A stretch of 64,000 nt of DNA from an uncultured Armatimonadetes bacterium (GCA_963716175.1 OY970296.1:352001-416000), one strand, 5' to 3'; numbered from the stretch's first letter, positions 9,256-18,697 are shown. The notes: generated by a model not told the origin, from the sequence alone. A program made the numbers and translations.

Positions 9256-10785
9256 TCACTCCAGGTAGCCTAGCGCCTCGAGCTCGCGCCGGGTCTGGGG
9301 AGGTAGCTTGCTCTGCGGCACCTCCGACACGGGGGTGGCGGCCGCAGTCGGTGAGATGAACTGTGCCAGCGGGCGGGCCTGCGTGTGCGCGAAGGCCCGA
9401 AAGGCCGCGATCATCCTCGCGGCTCTATCTGCGTGCTCGGCGGCGACGCTGTGCGCTTGTGCCGGGTCGCTCCGCAGGTCGTACAACGCCCGCAGCTTCC
9501 CGCCGCGATAGAGGATGAGGGACCACGACTGGTCTCTCACCAGGTAGCTCGGCCAAGGCTCCGCGCAGGTGGCGAAGACATAGTCGCGCAGTCTGCTCCT
9601 CTTCCCGTTGAGTAGCGAGAGCAGAGAACTGCCCTGAATCCTGCCGCGCGGGTGAGGTATCTGATAGAGATCGAGGACCGTGGGCAGCAGGTCCACGGTC
9701 TGCGTCAGCGCAGCCACATCGCCGACGAGTCGCTGTCGGCCTGGCAACCTAATCAGCAGGGGAATATGCACGAACTCGTCGTAGACCGCGTGCGAATGAT
9801 AGATGTACCCGTGTTCCCCGAACGCCTCGCCGTGGTCGGAAGTGACGATCAGAAGCGTGTTGTCGAGAAGATCGCGCGCCCGGAGCAGTCGCACCACTTC
9901 GCCCACACCCCAGTCGGCCCACCGCAGATTGGCATCATATAGGTTTTGCCATTGCTGAGGCGGGAGCGCCTTCATCCTGCCGTAGGACGGCCGTGTTTCA
10001 GGGAACTCGAAGTGCCCGTACCGCACGCCGCGCGGCGGTGAATCTGCAAACAGCGCCTTCAGCTCGTCGGGAGCATCGTAGGGATTGTGAGGGGGAAGGA
10101 AGTGGAGATAAGCGAAGAACCGGGACTGCCGCTCCCCGGACAGCCACCTGCCGAATACCTGGGTCAGTCCCTCCGGCGTTCGCCAGATATCTCCCTCGGG
10201 TAGCCCGATTCGCTCCTTCTTGGCCGAACCGAGGGCGGACGGGCTTACGAACACGCGCTCGAAGTCGCCCCCAATGCCCACCGCGGGAGCCGCCACCGCA
10301 TTGGAGCTGAAGAAAGCGGTGTGAAACCCCGCCCCCTTCAGCAGCTCCTCCAGCGTGCGGATCGCCGCATCCATCGTCTTGCGCCCGACGATGCAGTGCG
10401 TGTCGGGGTAGAGGCCGGTCAACAGCGACGCCGTGGACGGCTTTGTAGAGGGGTATGGTGAGAAGTGGTTTCTGAAGACCACGGATTCCTTGGCCAGCTC
10501 GTCCATGTTCGGGGTGGTCTCGCGTGGATAGCCGTAACCACCAACGTGGTCGGCCCTGGCGGCGTCAATGACACAGACTACGAGGTTAGCCGACCGCGCT
10601 CCGGCCAGGAGCTGATCCAATACCGGCTCGCCAACGGCGAGCGGGCCAAGCTGCGCTGACGCGGCTGAAACCCCTCCCCCTGGCTTGGCTGAGCGCAGCC
10701 TCACACGGCCCACCACCGCGAGCAGGGCAAGGAGGAGCACCACCGGCACCGCGAGTTTCACCATCCGGGAGCGGGGACGTCGCAT
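9256..10785 (-). CDS. Membrane-anchored sulfatase-like hydrolase/transferase
   Basis: N-terminal TM segment; IDAARADH..GY.RETTP, STKPSTASLLTG, PPHNPY, TSDHGEAFGEHG and C-terminal LEALGY. Confidence 0.88.
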   Translation of the reverse strand: MRRPRSRMVKLAVPVVLLLALLAVVGRVRLRSAKPGGGVSAASAQLGPLAVGEPVLDQLLAGARSANLVVCVIDAARADHVGGYGYPRETTPNMDELAKESVVFRNHFSPYPSTKPSTASLLTGLYPDTHCIVGRKTMDAAIRTLEELLKGAGFHTAFFSSNAVAAPAVGIGGDFERVFVSPSALGSAKKERIGLPEGDIWRTPEGLTQVFGRWLSGERQSRFFAYLHFLPPHNPYDAPDELKALFADSPPRGVRYGHFEFPETRPSYGRMKALPPQQWQNLYDANLRWADWGVGEVVRLLRARDLLDNTLLIVTSDHGEAFGEHGYIYHSHAVYDEFVHIPLLIRLPGRQRLVGDVAALTQTVDLLPTVLDLYQIPHPRGRIQGSSLLSLLNGKRSRLRDYVFATCAEPWPSYLVRDQSWSLILYRGGKLRALYDLRSDPAQAHSVAAEHADRAARMIAAFRAFAHTQARPLAQFISPTAAATPVSEVPQSKLPPQTRRELEALGYLE

Positions 10786-10999
10786 GCTTGCTCAGGACTC
10801 CTCTGGCAGCCTTGCTGGGGCGAGCCCGGACGCGCGGACGCAAATCCAGCGCAGCAATGTGATTACTTCGACCCGCAGCCCGCGATCACCTCCAGGCAGC
10901 ACCGATCCGGCAGCGGGTCCGGCAGGTGTCGCGGCCAGACCGGCAGTATAGTAGGGACATCCCCAGCCGTTGGCGCTAGGAGATATGGTGAGGCCCGCG

Positions 11000-12790
11000 A
11001 TGACGCTGCGTTGTGCGATGGCTCTTGCATTGCTGATCGCGCTGGCTGCTTACCGCGAGCCGCTGGGCACCGCTGGGCAGTCGCCCCCCACGAAGGAGAA
11101 CACGATGACTCAGGTCGAGAAGTACGATCCATCATTCTGGGTGTTCGGCTACGGACACCCCGAGCATCTGCAGCTCATCAAGGACCTGGGGTTTATGGGC
11201 GTAGGATTTTGGGCTGCTGACCGCGATGGCGAACGCATCAAGTACTACTTCGATTCGCCGACGCTGCGGCGGTTCGACTGGGCCACGCGGTCCCAGGAGC
11301 GGCCCAACCTCAGCGAATACGCGGCGCAGGCGCACGCCGCCGGCCTGAAAGTGATGGCCAATATGGAGGGTGTAAACCCCTACCACTGGGAGGCCGGTCG
11401 GAAGAACTGGACGCCCGAGATCATCGGCAGCGTGATGGCCGACTTGCACAACGACGGCGCCGACCGCTGGTTCACAGAGTGCGCTGCAGGCTGGCCCTCG
11501 TTGTTCTTTGCGCTGGCCGACACCGGCCGGAAGATCGGCATGGAGTACCAGGAGGGAGACGACCCCTCCTACCTCTACTACTCTGACTCTGAGACCGGGC
11601 AGCAGGGCTTCACTGACGTGTACCGTCGCGGCCATATGGTCAGCATGTACCACTACCAGTACCGGCGTGACGAGATCGGCAAACAGGCAAGCCTCGCGCA
11701 GGAAGGATCCCTGGCCTACGGTTTCGCCCGTGACTGGGGCCTGCCGACGGTCATGGTCTACCCGGTCGGGCACAACTGGGGCGAGCTGCCGGAGTACTGG
11801 GAGGGAATTCTCAAGCCCAGCATCGCCATCCGCGCCCTCCAGTTCCGGGTCCGCGACATCATGCTCATCGGCCTCGATGACGAGAAGGCGCGGCTGGTAG
11901 ATATCGCTGGCGTGAAGCAGTGGGTTTCCCACCTGGTGGAGAGGAACGCGCAAGAGAAGAGACCGGTGCTGAACGTCGTCGCCCATCTGAGGAGGGGCGA
12001 GGGCGAGCACTGGCGCGACTTCGCCAGCTCCGGCGATGCGATCACCAGTGGGGCCTTCCATGCGGGATGGAACGTGGTGGCGAGCACGGAGCCGCTGGCC
12101 GCTGCGGACGCCTACTACGTCTACACCGCGGGCAACGACGCGCAGGGGACGCTCGACCTCACGGCCGAGATCGCCAAGCTGTTTGAGGGCAGCAAGCCGG
12201 TCTTCCTTCAGATCGGGTCCGACATCCCCAGCGGAGGCGACTTGACACCCAACTGGCGCCGGGCTCTGGCTGCCTGCGGCGTGAAGCCGGAGGCGACGTT
12301 CAGCTATGATGACATGCCGGCAAGCGGGACCTACAAGGGCGCTCCCTTCACCTACACCGGCATCTTCACCGCTTACGAGGTGACAGAGCGGCGGCATGGG
12401 ACGCTGATCCCGCGCTCGGCGGTGACCGGGAGCATCGCCGCGGAGGGCGACGGCGTCCCGCTCATCATCAGCGCTGGGAACAAGCACCTGATCCCTGCGA
12501 ACTGCATCCGGTGGCAGGTCATGTATCCGATCAGCGATTTGCTGGCGGGATGCGGAGTGCGCGCTTCCTCGGACGTATGGGGGATTGCGGGAGAGCAGGT
12601 AACAGTGCTCTTGGCGACGCACGACACCGAGCTTGATATGGTCATCCCGGGACTGGCGAAGGGCGCCAAGATCCGGGTCACGCAGTGGGACAGGCTCCAC
12701 CAGATCACATATCAGGACACCGTCACCTACACTGGCTCATACCACAGGAGCATGAAGCAGTTCGATTCGATTGTCTTGGAGGCGCTCTGA
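11000..12790 (+). CDS. Secreted hypothetical protein, possibly a glycoside hydrolase-like TIM barrel
   Basis: Long ORF with GC3-rich codons and aromatic-rich composition; signal-like N-terminus from ATG 11000; alternative ATG 11105 with AAGGAG SD. Confidence 0.65.
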   Translation: MTLRCAMALALLIALAAYREPLGTAGQSPPTKENTMTQVEKYDPSFWVFGYGHPEHLQLIKDLGFMGVGFWAADRDGERIKYYFDSPTLRRFDWATRSQERPNLSEYAAQAHAAGLKVMANMEGVNPYHWEAGRKNWTPEIIGSVMADLHNDGADRWFTECAAGWPSLFFALADTGRKIGMEYQEGDDPSYLYYSDSETGQQGFTDVYRRGHMVSMYHYQYRRDEIGKQASLAQEGSLAYGFARDWGLPTVMVYPVGHNWGELPEYWEGILKPSIAIRALQFRVRDIMLIGLDDEKARLVDIAGVKQWVSHLVERNAQEKRPVLNVVAHLRRGEGEHWRDFASSGDAITSGAFHAGWNVVASTEPLAAADAYYVYTAGNDAQGTLDLTAEIAKLFEGSKPVFLQIGSDIPSGGDLTPNWRRALAACGVKPEATFSYDDMPASGTYKGAPFTYTGIFTAYEVTERRHGTLIPRSAVTGSIAAEGDGVPLIISAGNKHLIPANCIRWQVMYPISDLLAGCGVRASSDVWGIAGEQVTVLLATHDTELDMVIPGLAKGAKIRVTQWDRLHQITYQDTVTYTGSYHRSMKQFDSIVLEAL

Positions 12791-12956
12791 GCTGCGGCCT
12801 GCGACGATCCAGAGGTCAGGCCGTGGCCTGTGACGATCTGCTGGCCATCCCCGGTACAGGGAACGAGCTTACCTGCAACTCAGAGGAGTGCCCGAGGACC
12901 CCCGGTTATCTGCGCGCGCGAATGGCGGCCCAAAAAGGAGGAACGGGAGGAAACCG

Positions 12957-14111
12957 ATGAGCGCTCAGAAGATGTTGGTCAGTGCTGTAGTTGTGCTGCT
13001 GGCTGTGGCCGGATCAGGGTTCGCACAGGGCGGCGGGCGCATGGGCCGCGGCGGTCGCGGCGGCTTCGGTCCGGGCAGCGGCGGTGGCCCCGGCGGGCCC
13101 TTCGACCCGGCACAGATGCGTCAGGCCTTGATGGCAGCAGGCGCGACCGAGGCCGACCTGGCGGCTATCGAGAGCTACCGCACGGCCCAGCGTAGCGCCA
13201 TGGATCCGCTGATGCAGGCGATGCTAGGCCTACAGGAAGCAGCAGGAAAGAGCGCCACGAACGAGCAGGCGACGCAGGCTGTGAGTAAGTACGAGGCGCT
13301 GAAGGCGAGCACGCTGACGCAACTGGCGAAGGCCGACGAAGGTCTCAGAGCGCAGCTTCGGCTATCGGCCAGGCCGAAGCTGCATGCTGCCTTGCTGGGG
13401 ATGGGCGTGCTCGATGACGGCCTGAGAGGGTTCGGAGGCATGAGAGGCGGCCGGCCGGGCCCGCCAGGTGGATTTGGCGGACGCGGGGGCCGCATGGGTG
13501 GCCCTGGTATGAACCGGGGGGCTTCACCTTCCTTTGACAGCCAAACGCTCCCGAACACAGACGCGGAGAAGACGATCCTGGCCGTGATCCAGGACCTGGA
13601 GGCGGGCCCACGGATGGAGAACGTCCCGCCCGAGGACGGCAGGCTGCTGCGGGTTCTGACGGAGGCAATCGGAGCCAAGCACGCGGTCGAGATCGGCACT
13701 TCCAACGGGTACTCGGCCCTCTGGCTCTCCCTGGCGCTACGGGACACGGGCGGGAAGCTGACCACGCATGAGATAGACCCCGAGCGCGCCGCTCTGGCCC
13801 GGGAGAACTTCGAGCGCGCTGGCGTTGGCGACATCGTCACCGTCGTTGAGGGCGATGCTCACGAGACGGTGACGAGGATCAAGGAGCCGGTTGACTTGCT
13901 GTTCCTTGATGCCGACAAGGAAGGCTACCTTGATTACCTGAACAAGCTTCTGCCGGTGGTGCGTCGCGGTGGGCTGGTGGTGGCCCATAACATGAACCCG
14001 GCGCAGGCAGATCCGCGGTACGTTGCTGCCATCACCGAGAACCCAGCGCTAGAGACGATCTTCCTGCACATGGAGGGAATGGGTGTCGGCGTGACTCTCA
14101 AGAAGGACTGA
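12957..14111 (+). CDS. Signal peptide + Gly/Arg-rich helical domain fused to an O-methyltransferase (Methyltransf_3, caffeoyl-CoA OMT-like)
   Basis: ATG after GGGAGG; VEIGTSNGYSALW, THEIDP, GDAHE, DLLFLDADKEGY and GGLVVAHN. Confidence 0.85.
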   Translation: MSAQKMLVSAVVVLLAVAGSGFAQGGGRMGRGGRGGFGPGSGGGPGGPFDPAQMRQALMAAGATEADLAAIESYRTAQRSAMDPLMQAMLGLQEAAGKSATNEQATQAVSKYEALKASTLTQLAKADEGLRAQLRLSARPKLHAALLGMGVLDDGLRGFGGMRGGRPGPPGGFGGRGGRMGGPGMNRGASPSFDSQTLPNTDAEKTILAVIQDLEAGPRMENVPPEDGRLLRVLTEAIGAKHAVEIGTSNGYSALWLSLALRDTGGKLTTHEIDPERAALARENFERAGVGDIVTVVEGDAHETVTRIKEPVDLLFLDADKEGYLDYLNKLLPVVRRGGLVVAHNMNPAQADPRYVAAITENPALETIFLHMEGMGVGVTLKKD

Positions 14112-14168
14112 GGATCGGCCGCAGCGCACCGGGCGGGCAACCGTGCCCACCGCTATCTGGTGTCCACA

Positions 14169-15011
14169 CTACGTCGGCGGGTGCTCTTCCCCCGGAATCC
14201 CCACCGCATCCGCGGGGCACTGCCGGCAGAGCCGGAACTGCTTGATGATGCGCTCGCACTGCAAGCGTGTCTCGCGCAGTTCATGGCAAGATGGAGGTGC
14301 GAGATGCCTGAACCTCCCCAGTGGGATGAGCGGGGTGATGTTCTGTATGTGGGCACCGAGTCTGCTGACCACCCCGGCCACCTTCTCCAGATGTCCGCCG
14401 TCGTTCAGCCCTGGAAGGAGGATGCTGTTAACCTTGATCGCGAATCCCAATGCGGCTGCCTTTTCCAGCCCGGCGAGTTGGCTCTCCAGCAGGGCCTTCG
14501 CTCCTTCCAGGCCCGTTAGCCTCTTGCCACCATGCTCGACGTAGGCATAGATCCTTTCGCCGATCGTGGGGTCAACGGTGTTCATCGTAACCGTCAGTGT
14601 CCGCACCCCCAGATCCCACAACTGTTCTGAGCGCTCGCACAGCAGCAATCCATTGGTGCTCACGCACAGCATCAAGGCAGGATAGCGGGCGCTGACCAGC
14701 TGCAGTGTCTCGAAGGTGCTGGATTGGCAGAGAGGCTCCCCTGGCCCCGCAATCCCGACCACTGCCAGGCTGGCATCATGCGCCAGGTACTGGTCTAGTC
14801 GTCGCAGCGCCTCCTCCGGGGTCAGGACCCTGTCGGCTACAGCGGGACGGTAGCTGTGGTAGGTCTTCCCCCCGATCTCCCGCTCGCAGTAGTTACAGCC
14901 GAGGTTGCAGTCCGGGGCCACAGGCAGATGCATCCTGCCATACCGGAAGTGAGCCGAAGGCGAGTAGCAGGGGTGCTTGTCCAGATTCACCACGGCAGCG
15001 CTTCTCGTCAT
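14169..15011 (-). CDS. nifB: NifB-like radical SAM protein, single domain without NifX
   Basis: HPCY, RMHLPVAPDCNLGCNYC, GIAGPGEP, STNGL and C-terminal CRQCPADAVG. Confidence 0.88.
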   Translation of the reverse strand: MTRSAAVVNLDKHPCYSPSAHFRYGRMHLPVAPDCNLGCNYCEREIGGKTYHSYRPAVADRVLTPEEALRRLDQYLAHDASLAVVGIAGPGEPLCQSSTFETLQLVSARYPALMLCVSTNGLLLCERSEQLWDLGVRTLTVTMNTVDPTIGERIYAYVEHGGKRLTGLEGAKALLESQLAGLEKAAALGFAIKVNSILLPGLNDGGHLEKVAGVVSRLGAHIQNITPLIPLGRFRHLAPPSCHELRETRLQCERIIKQFRLCRQCPADAVGIPGEEHPPT

Positions 15012-15053
15012 CTGCCGGCCTCGTCGTAGGCCTCTCTCATTGCCGGTAAGTGC

Positions 15054-15911
15054 TCAACCGGGTAGACCATCGGTGTGCGCATAGACTGACTGGTAGAGCA
15101 CCTCCAGGTCAGACCACTCCATGGGGGTTGGGATGACGCGGATTTCATTGTCCAGCACCGCGTCTGCAAGCCGGCGGAAGTTCCCCGCGGCGAAGGAGTC
15201 AGGCAGGGCCTCCATCACCGTCTTCCCGTGGACCTCGCACATCTGGATATCCTGGCTGCGAGGGATAGAGCAGACCAGAGTGCATCCCAACTTGGAGGCG
15301 AAGTGCTCCAGCAAGCGGTTCTCGTAAGCTTCCTCCCCGCGGTGATTGCAGATGATGCCGGCCAACCGGGACGGACTGTGCTGGGCAAGGCGAGCAATCC
15401 CTCGCGCGATGTTGTTCGCCGCGTAGAGGCTCATGAATTCCCCGGTGCAGACCAGGTAGATCTCGCGAGCGTACCCCATCCGAATCGGCTGAGCAAAGCC
15501 GCCGCACACCACATCCCCTAGCACGTCGTAGAGCACCACGTCCAACTGGTAACGGTCAAACGCACCTTTGTCCTTGAGGTAGGAGATAGCAGTGAGCACC
15601 CCTCGCCCCGCGCATCCGATGCCAGGCTCCGGGCCACCGGACTCCACGCACTTGACGCCCTGGTACCCCTCGAACACAACTCCTTCCAGAGGGACTGTCT
15701 CCGCGTCTTTTCCGGCCGCCAGCTGGTCGCGCATCCGGTCCAGGACGGAAGGGATCATCCGGCCGCCGGTGAGATTGCGGGTCGAGTCTCGCTTTGGGTC
15801 GCACCCGATCTGCATCACCTTGCATCCGCGCTCGGCGAAGGCGACGGAGAGGTTTGCGGTGATGGTGCTCTTCCCAATGCCGCCTTTCCCATAGATCGCG
15901 ATCTGTCTCAT
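15054..15911 (-). CDS. nifH: NifH-like iron protein (reductase of a nitrogenase-like system)
   Basis: MRQIAIYGKGGIGKST, GCDPKRDSTR, ESGGPEPGIGCAGRG and YDVLGDVVCGGFA. The ATG at 15911 lies 2 nt after the stop of the K-like gene. Confidence 0.93.
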   Translation of the reverse strand: MRQIAIYGKGGIGKSTITANLSVAFAERGCKVMQIGCDPKRDSTRNLTGGRMIPSVLDRMRDQLAAGKDAETVPLEGVVFEGYQGVKCVESGGPEPGIGCAGRGVLTAISYLKDKGAFDRYQLDVVLYDVLGDVVCGGFAQPIRMGYAREIYLVCTGEFMSLYAANNIARGIARLAQHSPSRLAGIICNHRGEEAYENRLLEHFASKLGCTLVCSIPRSQDIQMCEVHGKTVMEALPDSFAAGNFRRLADAVLDNEIRVIPTPMEWSDLEVLYQSVYAHTDGLPG

Positions 15912-15913
15912 CC

Positions 15914-17242
15914 TCACCACTTGGATCGGTACCTCTTTTCGCGGGAGCGCCACCGCTGTTGGTGGTCGTTCTCTAGGATCTCCAGCAGATGCAGCAGACC
16001 CTCGTACCCGAAGTAGGGCCGGTCGGTCATATAGAAGCGATCCGTCGGGGAGATGACGTTGAAAGAGAACGGAATGCCCAGCTCTTGAGCGAGGTGGTGT
16101 TCGACCATGCTGCCAAACACGCATGCAGGCTTGCTCTCCCTCAGGCCTTGCTTGACGTCGTAGGCGTCCGCGTCGAGGGTCACGGGAGTGGCAAGCGTGA
16201 GCTCTTCGAGCTCACGCTTGAGAATGGAACGGGCGGTCTCATCGGACGATCTCAGGAAGATCGAACAGGGTATCGCCTCCAGGTCCTCCATGATCAGCCG
16301 GACTAGCGGGATGCCAACAGTCGCGTCCGCTACGATCGCGGCCTCCACCCGGTGGAAGAAAGCAATCCCGGGACCGCGCAACCGGATGGCGCAGATGACC
16401 TGCTCGTGGCCTTCCTCAATCAGCTCCTGCGCCGTCTGCTCCGCGCCAAATCGCTGGCCCAGGGCCTCCAGCCATCTTCTCGTGTTCGACAGCCCAATGG
16501 GGAGCGGTATCTGCCGGCAGACCGGCTCGATGTCGTATCGTTCGGCAAGCTTGTCGGCGATCCCCCCGCCGGCATCATGGCTCAGCAGGAGACTGGTCTC
16601 GGCCGACGGAGTGCGGGCGATCCCCTCCATGTCCTGCAGATGGGTCAAGACGCTGACTACGGTGACTCCCATTTCAGCGAGCACCCCTCGCACCCAGGCC
16701 AGATCGGCATGCCACGTCGGATTCGCGCTGGCATGAGGGGCAATCAGCGTGACTGAGTTCTTAACCTTTCCCCCGCTATCGCGCGCAGCGAAGTCCAGCA
16801 GCTTTCCCAGCGCCAGGTCAATCCCCTGGTATTCGTCTCCCCGAAAGCCCGCGCACTCGATCGGCAGGATCTGCGCGCTGGACTCCGGAGCCATCAGCTC
16901 TGCGACTGCGGCGATGTCGTCGCCGACGACCTCCGGCCCGCAAGCGGAGAGGATGAACAGATAGGGCATGCCATAGGCCTCAGCGTCTCGGATGGTCTCC
17001 TTGAGCCGCTCCTCTCCCCCGTACACGATCTCCTTCTCGCAGAGCTTCGAAGAAACGACATGGGCCTCGGAGAAGTCCACATGCTGGCTGGCGAGCGCGT
17101 TGCCGATGAGGCCGTGGCAGCCTTGGGGACAGTGCAGGACAATGCAGGCGTCTCGGATCCCAGCCACCGTCTTGGCCGCTCCTGCGAAAGCGCACCGGAG
17201 GTAGGGGTCCAGGCAGCTCCGCTCTGTGGGGTTCTCTGGCAT
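15914..17242 (-). CDS. Nitrogenase component 1 beta-like subunit (NflK/MarK-like)
   Basis: CAFAGA, HCPQGC, IVYGGEERL, SACGPEVVGDD, LPIGLSNT and RPYFGYEG. Confidence 0.88.
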   Translation of the reverse strand: MPENPTERSCLDPYLRCAFAGAAKTVAGIRDACIVLHCPQGCHGLIGNALASQHVDFSEAHVVSSKLCEKEIVYGGEERLKETIRDAEAYGMPYLFILSACGPEVVGDDIAAVAELMAPESSAQILPIECAGFRGDEYQGIDLALGKLLDFAARDSGGKVKNSVTLIAPHASANPTWHADLAWVRGVLAEMGVTVVSVLTHLQDMEGIARTPSAETSLLLSHDAGGGIADKLAERYDIEPVCRQIPLPIGLSNTRRWLEALGQRFGAEQTAQELIEEGHEQVICAIRLRGPGIAFFHRVEAAIVADATVGIPLVRLIMEDLEAIPCSIFLRSSDETARSILKRELEELTLATPVTLDADAYDVKQGLRESKPACVFGSMVEHHLAQELGIPFSFNVISPTDRFYMTDRPYFGYEGLLHLLEILENDHQQRWRSREKRYRSKW

Positions 17243-17277
17243 GGGCCTTCTCTGGATCCGGGAGATCGGTCAGCTCG

Positions 17278-18690
17278 CTACCACAGGTCCCCGTGCACTG
17301 CGATGCCGTACATTGCCTGCCGCATCAAGCCAGAGCGAGGCCGATCGGCGTGCTTTATCGCCGAGGCGGCGCGGCGAGCGATGTTCTGTACGCCAGTGAA
17401 GCCGAAGTGAGGGAAGGCGATCTCGGTGTCCAGGTTGACCACCGGGACGCCGGGGAACCGCAACGGGCTGCCGAAGTAGACGAAATCGTCCGCTCCGCCG
17501 ATGAAAGCCTCCAGCTCGTCCTGCGTCTGCTTGGAGACTTCGTAGCTGCCCATCTCAAAGGCGCCTTTAGTGAGCACGACTTCCGGATTCTCTCCACTGT
17601 CGAGCAAGAACCGAACCGCCGCCTTCCGCTCCCGCAGGGTATACGGGTGCATGTTGAAGATCACGGCTTGCATGCCGAATTCGGCCGCCATCCGGGCGAG
17701 CGCGATGGACCGCATGGGCCCGGTCTCTATCAAGGCCGTCCGACCTTGGAGCAAGGACCTAGCCTCCCTCAAGTCGGGCTCGATGCGCTCGGCCTCACGA
17801 GCTGTGAACTCGCGCGCCTGATCGTCCAGGCCCAAGGGCTCGGCAATCTTGCGAACCCAGTCCATGGTGGCTCCCATCCCGTAGGGGAGCCCGGATTCGC
17901 AGAAGGGAATCCCAAACCGCTCCTTCATGAGCAAGCCGATGCGCCTGCCCCAATCGAAGCACCAGGACGTGTTCAACGCCGCGCAGGGAGCACGTCTGAC
18001 CTGTTCCAGGGTACAACCACCCGCCACTACACTGTGCAGCTTGGCCCCGAACTGGGAGAGGATGAGCTGCAGCTCCTCGATGTCCTCCCGGATCTCCGTG
18101 TATGGGGGGCCCGCTCGCGCGCCGACGATGTTCACGCTGTGCGGAATGGTCTCTGTGGGAGGCTCCATCAGATCCACAATGACGCGGAAGGCCTGCTCGT
18201 GCCCACTTCGGAAGTCGCCCCCAAATCCCTCGCTGCGGATGGTCGTGATCTCCGCCTTCACCTGCCCCCGCATCTGCCGGGCGATCCCCTCGACGTCATC
18301 CCCAGTGATTCCGGGGCAGCAAGTGCTCATCACCACGATGAGATCCGGGCAGTACTTCTGGTCCACCTCCAAGATGGCCCGGGCGAGCTTGCCTTCGCCG
18401 CCAAAAACGACGTGACTCTCGTTCAGTGCAGTGCATACCGTGGGTTCGTAGGGCCGGCCGCGGTATTGACAGCCTGCGACCCTAAGGCCCCGAATGGAGT
18501 AGGTGCACCCGCGCGGGCCGTGCACGATCGGCACCACGTTGTTGATCCCGCTGATCACTGTAGCCGCGGTCTGGAACTTGCAGGGGGGCGCGTGAGAGGC
18601 CTGTAGCTGGGAGGAGAGCTCGCCGGCCTCCACCCTTCGCAGGTACTCATCCAGCCTGCCCTGAAACACGATGTAATCCGTTTCCGCCAC
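17278..18690 (-). CDS. Nitrogenase component 1 alpha-like subunit (NflD/MarD-like)
   Basis: PPCKF, HGPRGC, VVFGGEGKL, STCCPGITGDD, EGFGGDFRSGH, LNTSWC and PHFGFTG. Probable start is GTG 18690; the ORF-track extension to 18942 looks non-coding. Confidence 0.88.
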   Translation of the reverse strand: MAETDYIVFQGRLDEYLRRVEAGELSSQLQASHAPPCKFQTAATVISGINNVVPIVHGPRGCTYSIRGLRVAGCQYRGRPYEPTVCTALNESHVVFGGEGKLARAILEVDQKYCPDLIVVMSTCCPGITGDDVEGIARQMRGQVKAEITTIRSEGFGGDFRSGHEQAFRVIVDLMEPPTETIPHSVNIVGARAGPPYTEIREDIEELQLILSQFGAKLHSVVAGGCTLEQVRRAPCAALNTSWCFDWGRRIGLLMKERFGIPFCESGLPYGMGATMDWVRKIAEPLGLDDQAREFTAREAERIEPDLREARSLLQGRTALIETGPMRSIALARMAAEFGMQAVIFNMHPYTLRERKAAVRFLLDSGENPEVVLTKGAFEMGSYEVSKQTQDELEAFIGGADDFVYFGSPLRFPGVPVVNLDTEIAFPHFGFTGVQNIARRAASAIKHADRPRSGLMRQAMYGIAVHGDLW

Positions 18691-18697
18691 GTCACTG

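Noticed and set aside
14169-18690. Canonical Mo-nitrogenase (nifHDK or nifEN), CfbCD or DPOR/COR
   Set aside because: The gene order is DKHB with no nifEN, the His442 and Gln191 equivalents appear absent, and the K subunit lacks the long NifK N-terminus. CfbD is a single homodimeric subunit. There are no tetrapyrrole genes, and those systems do not use NifB.
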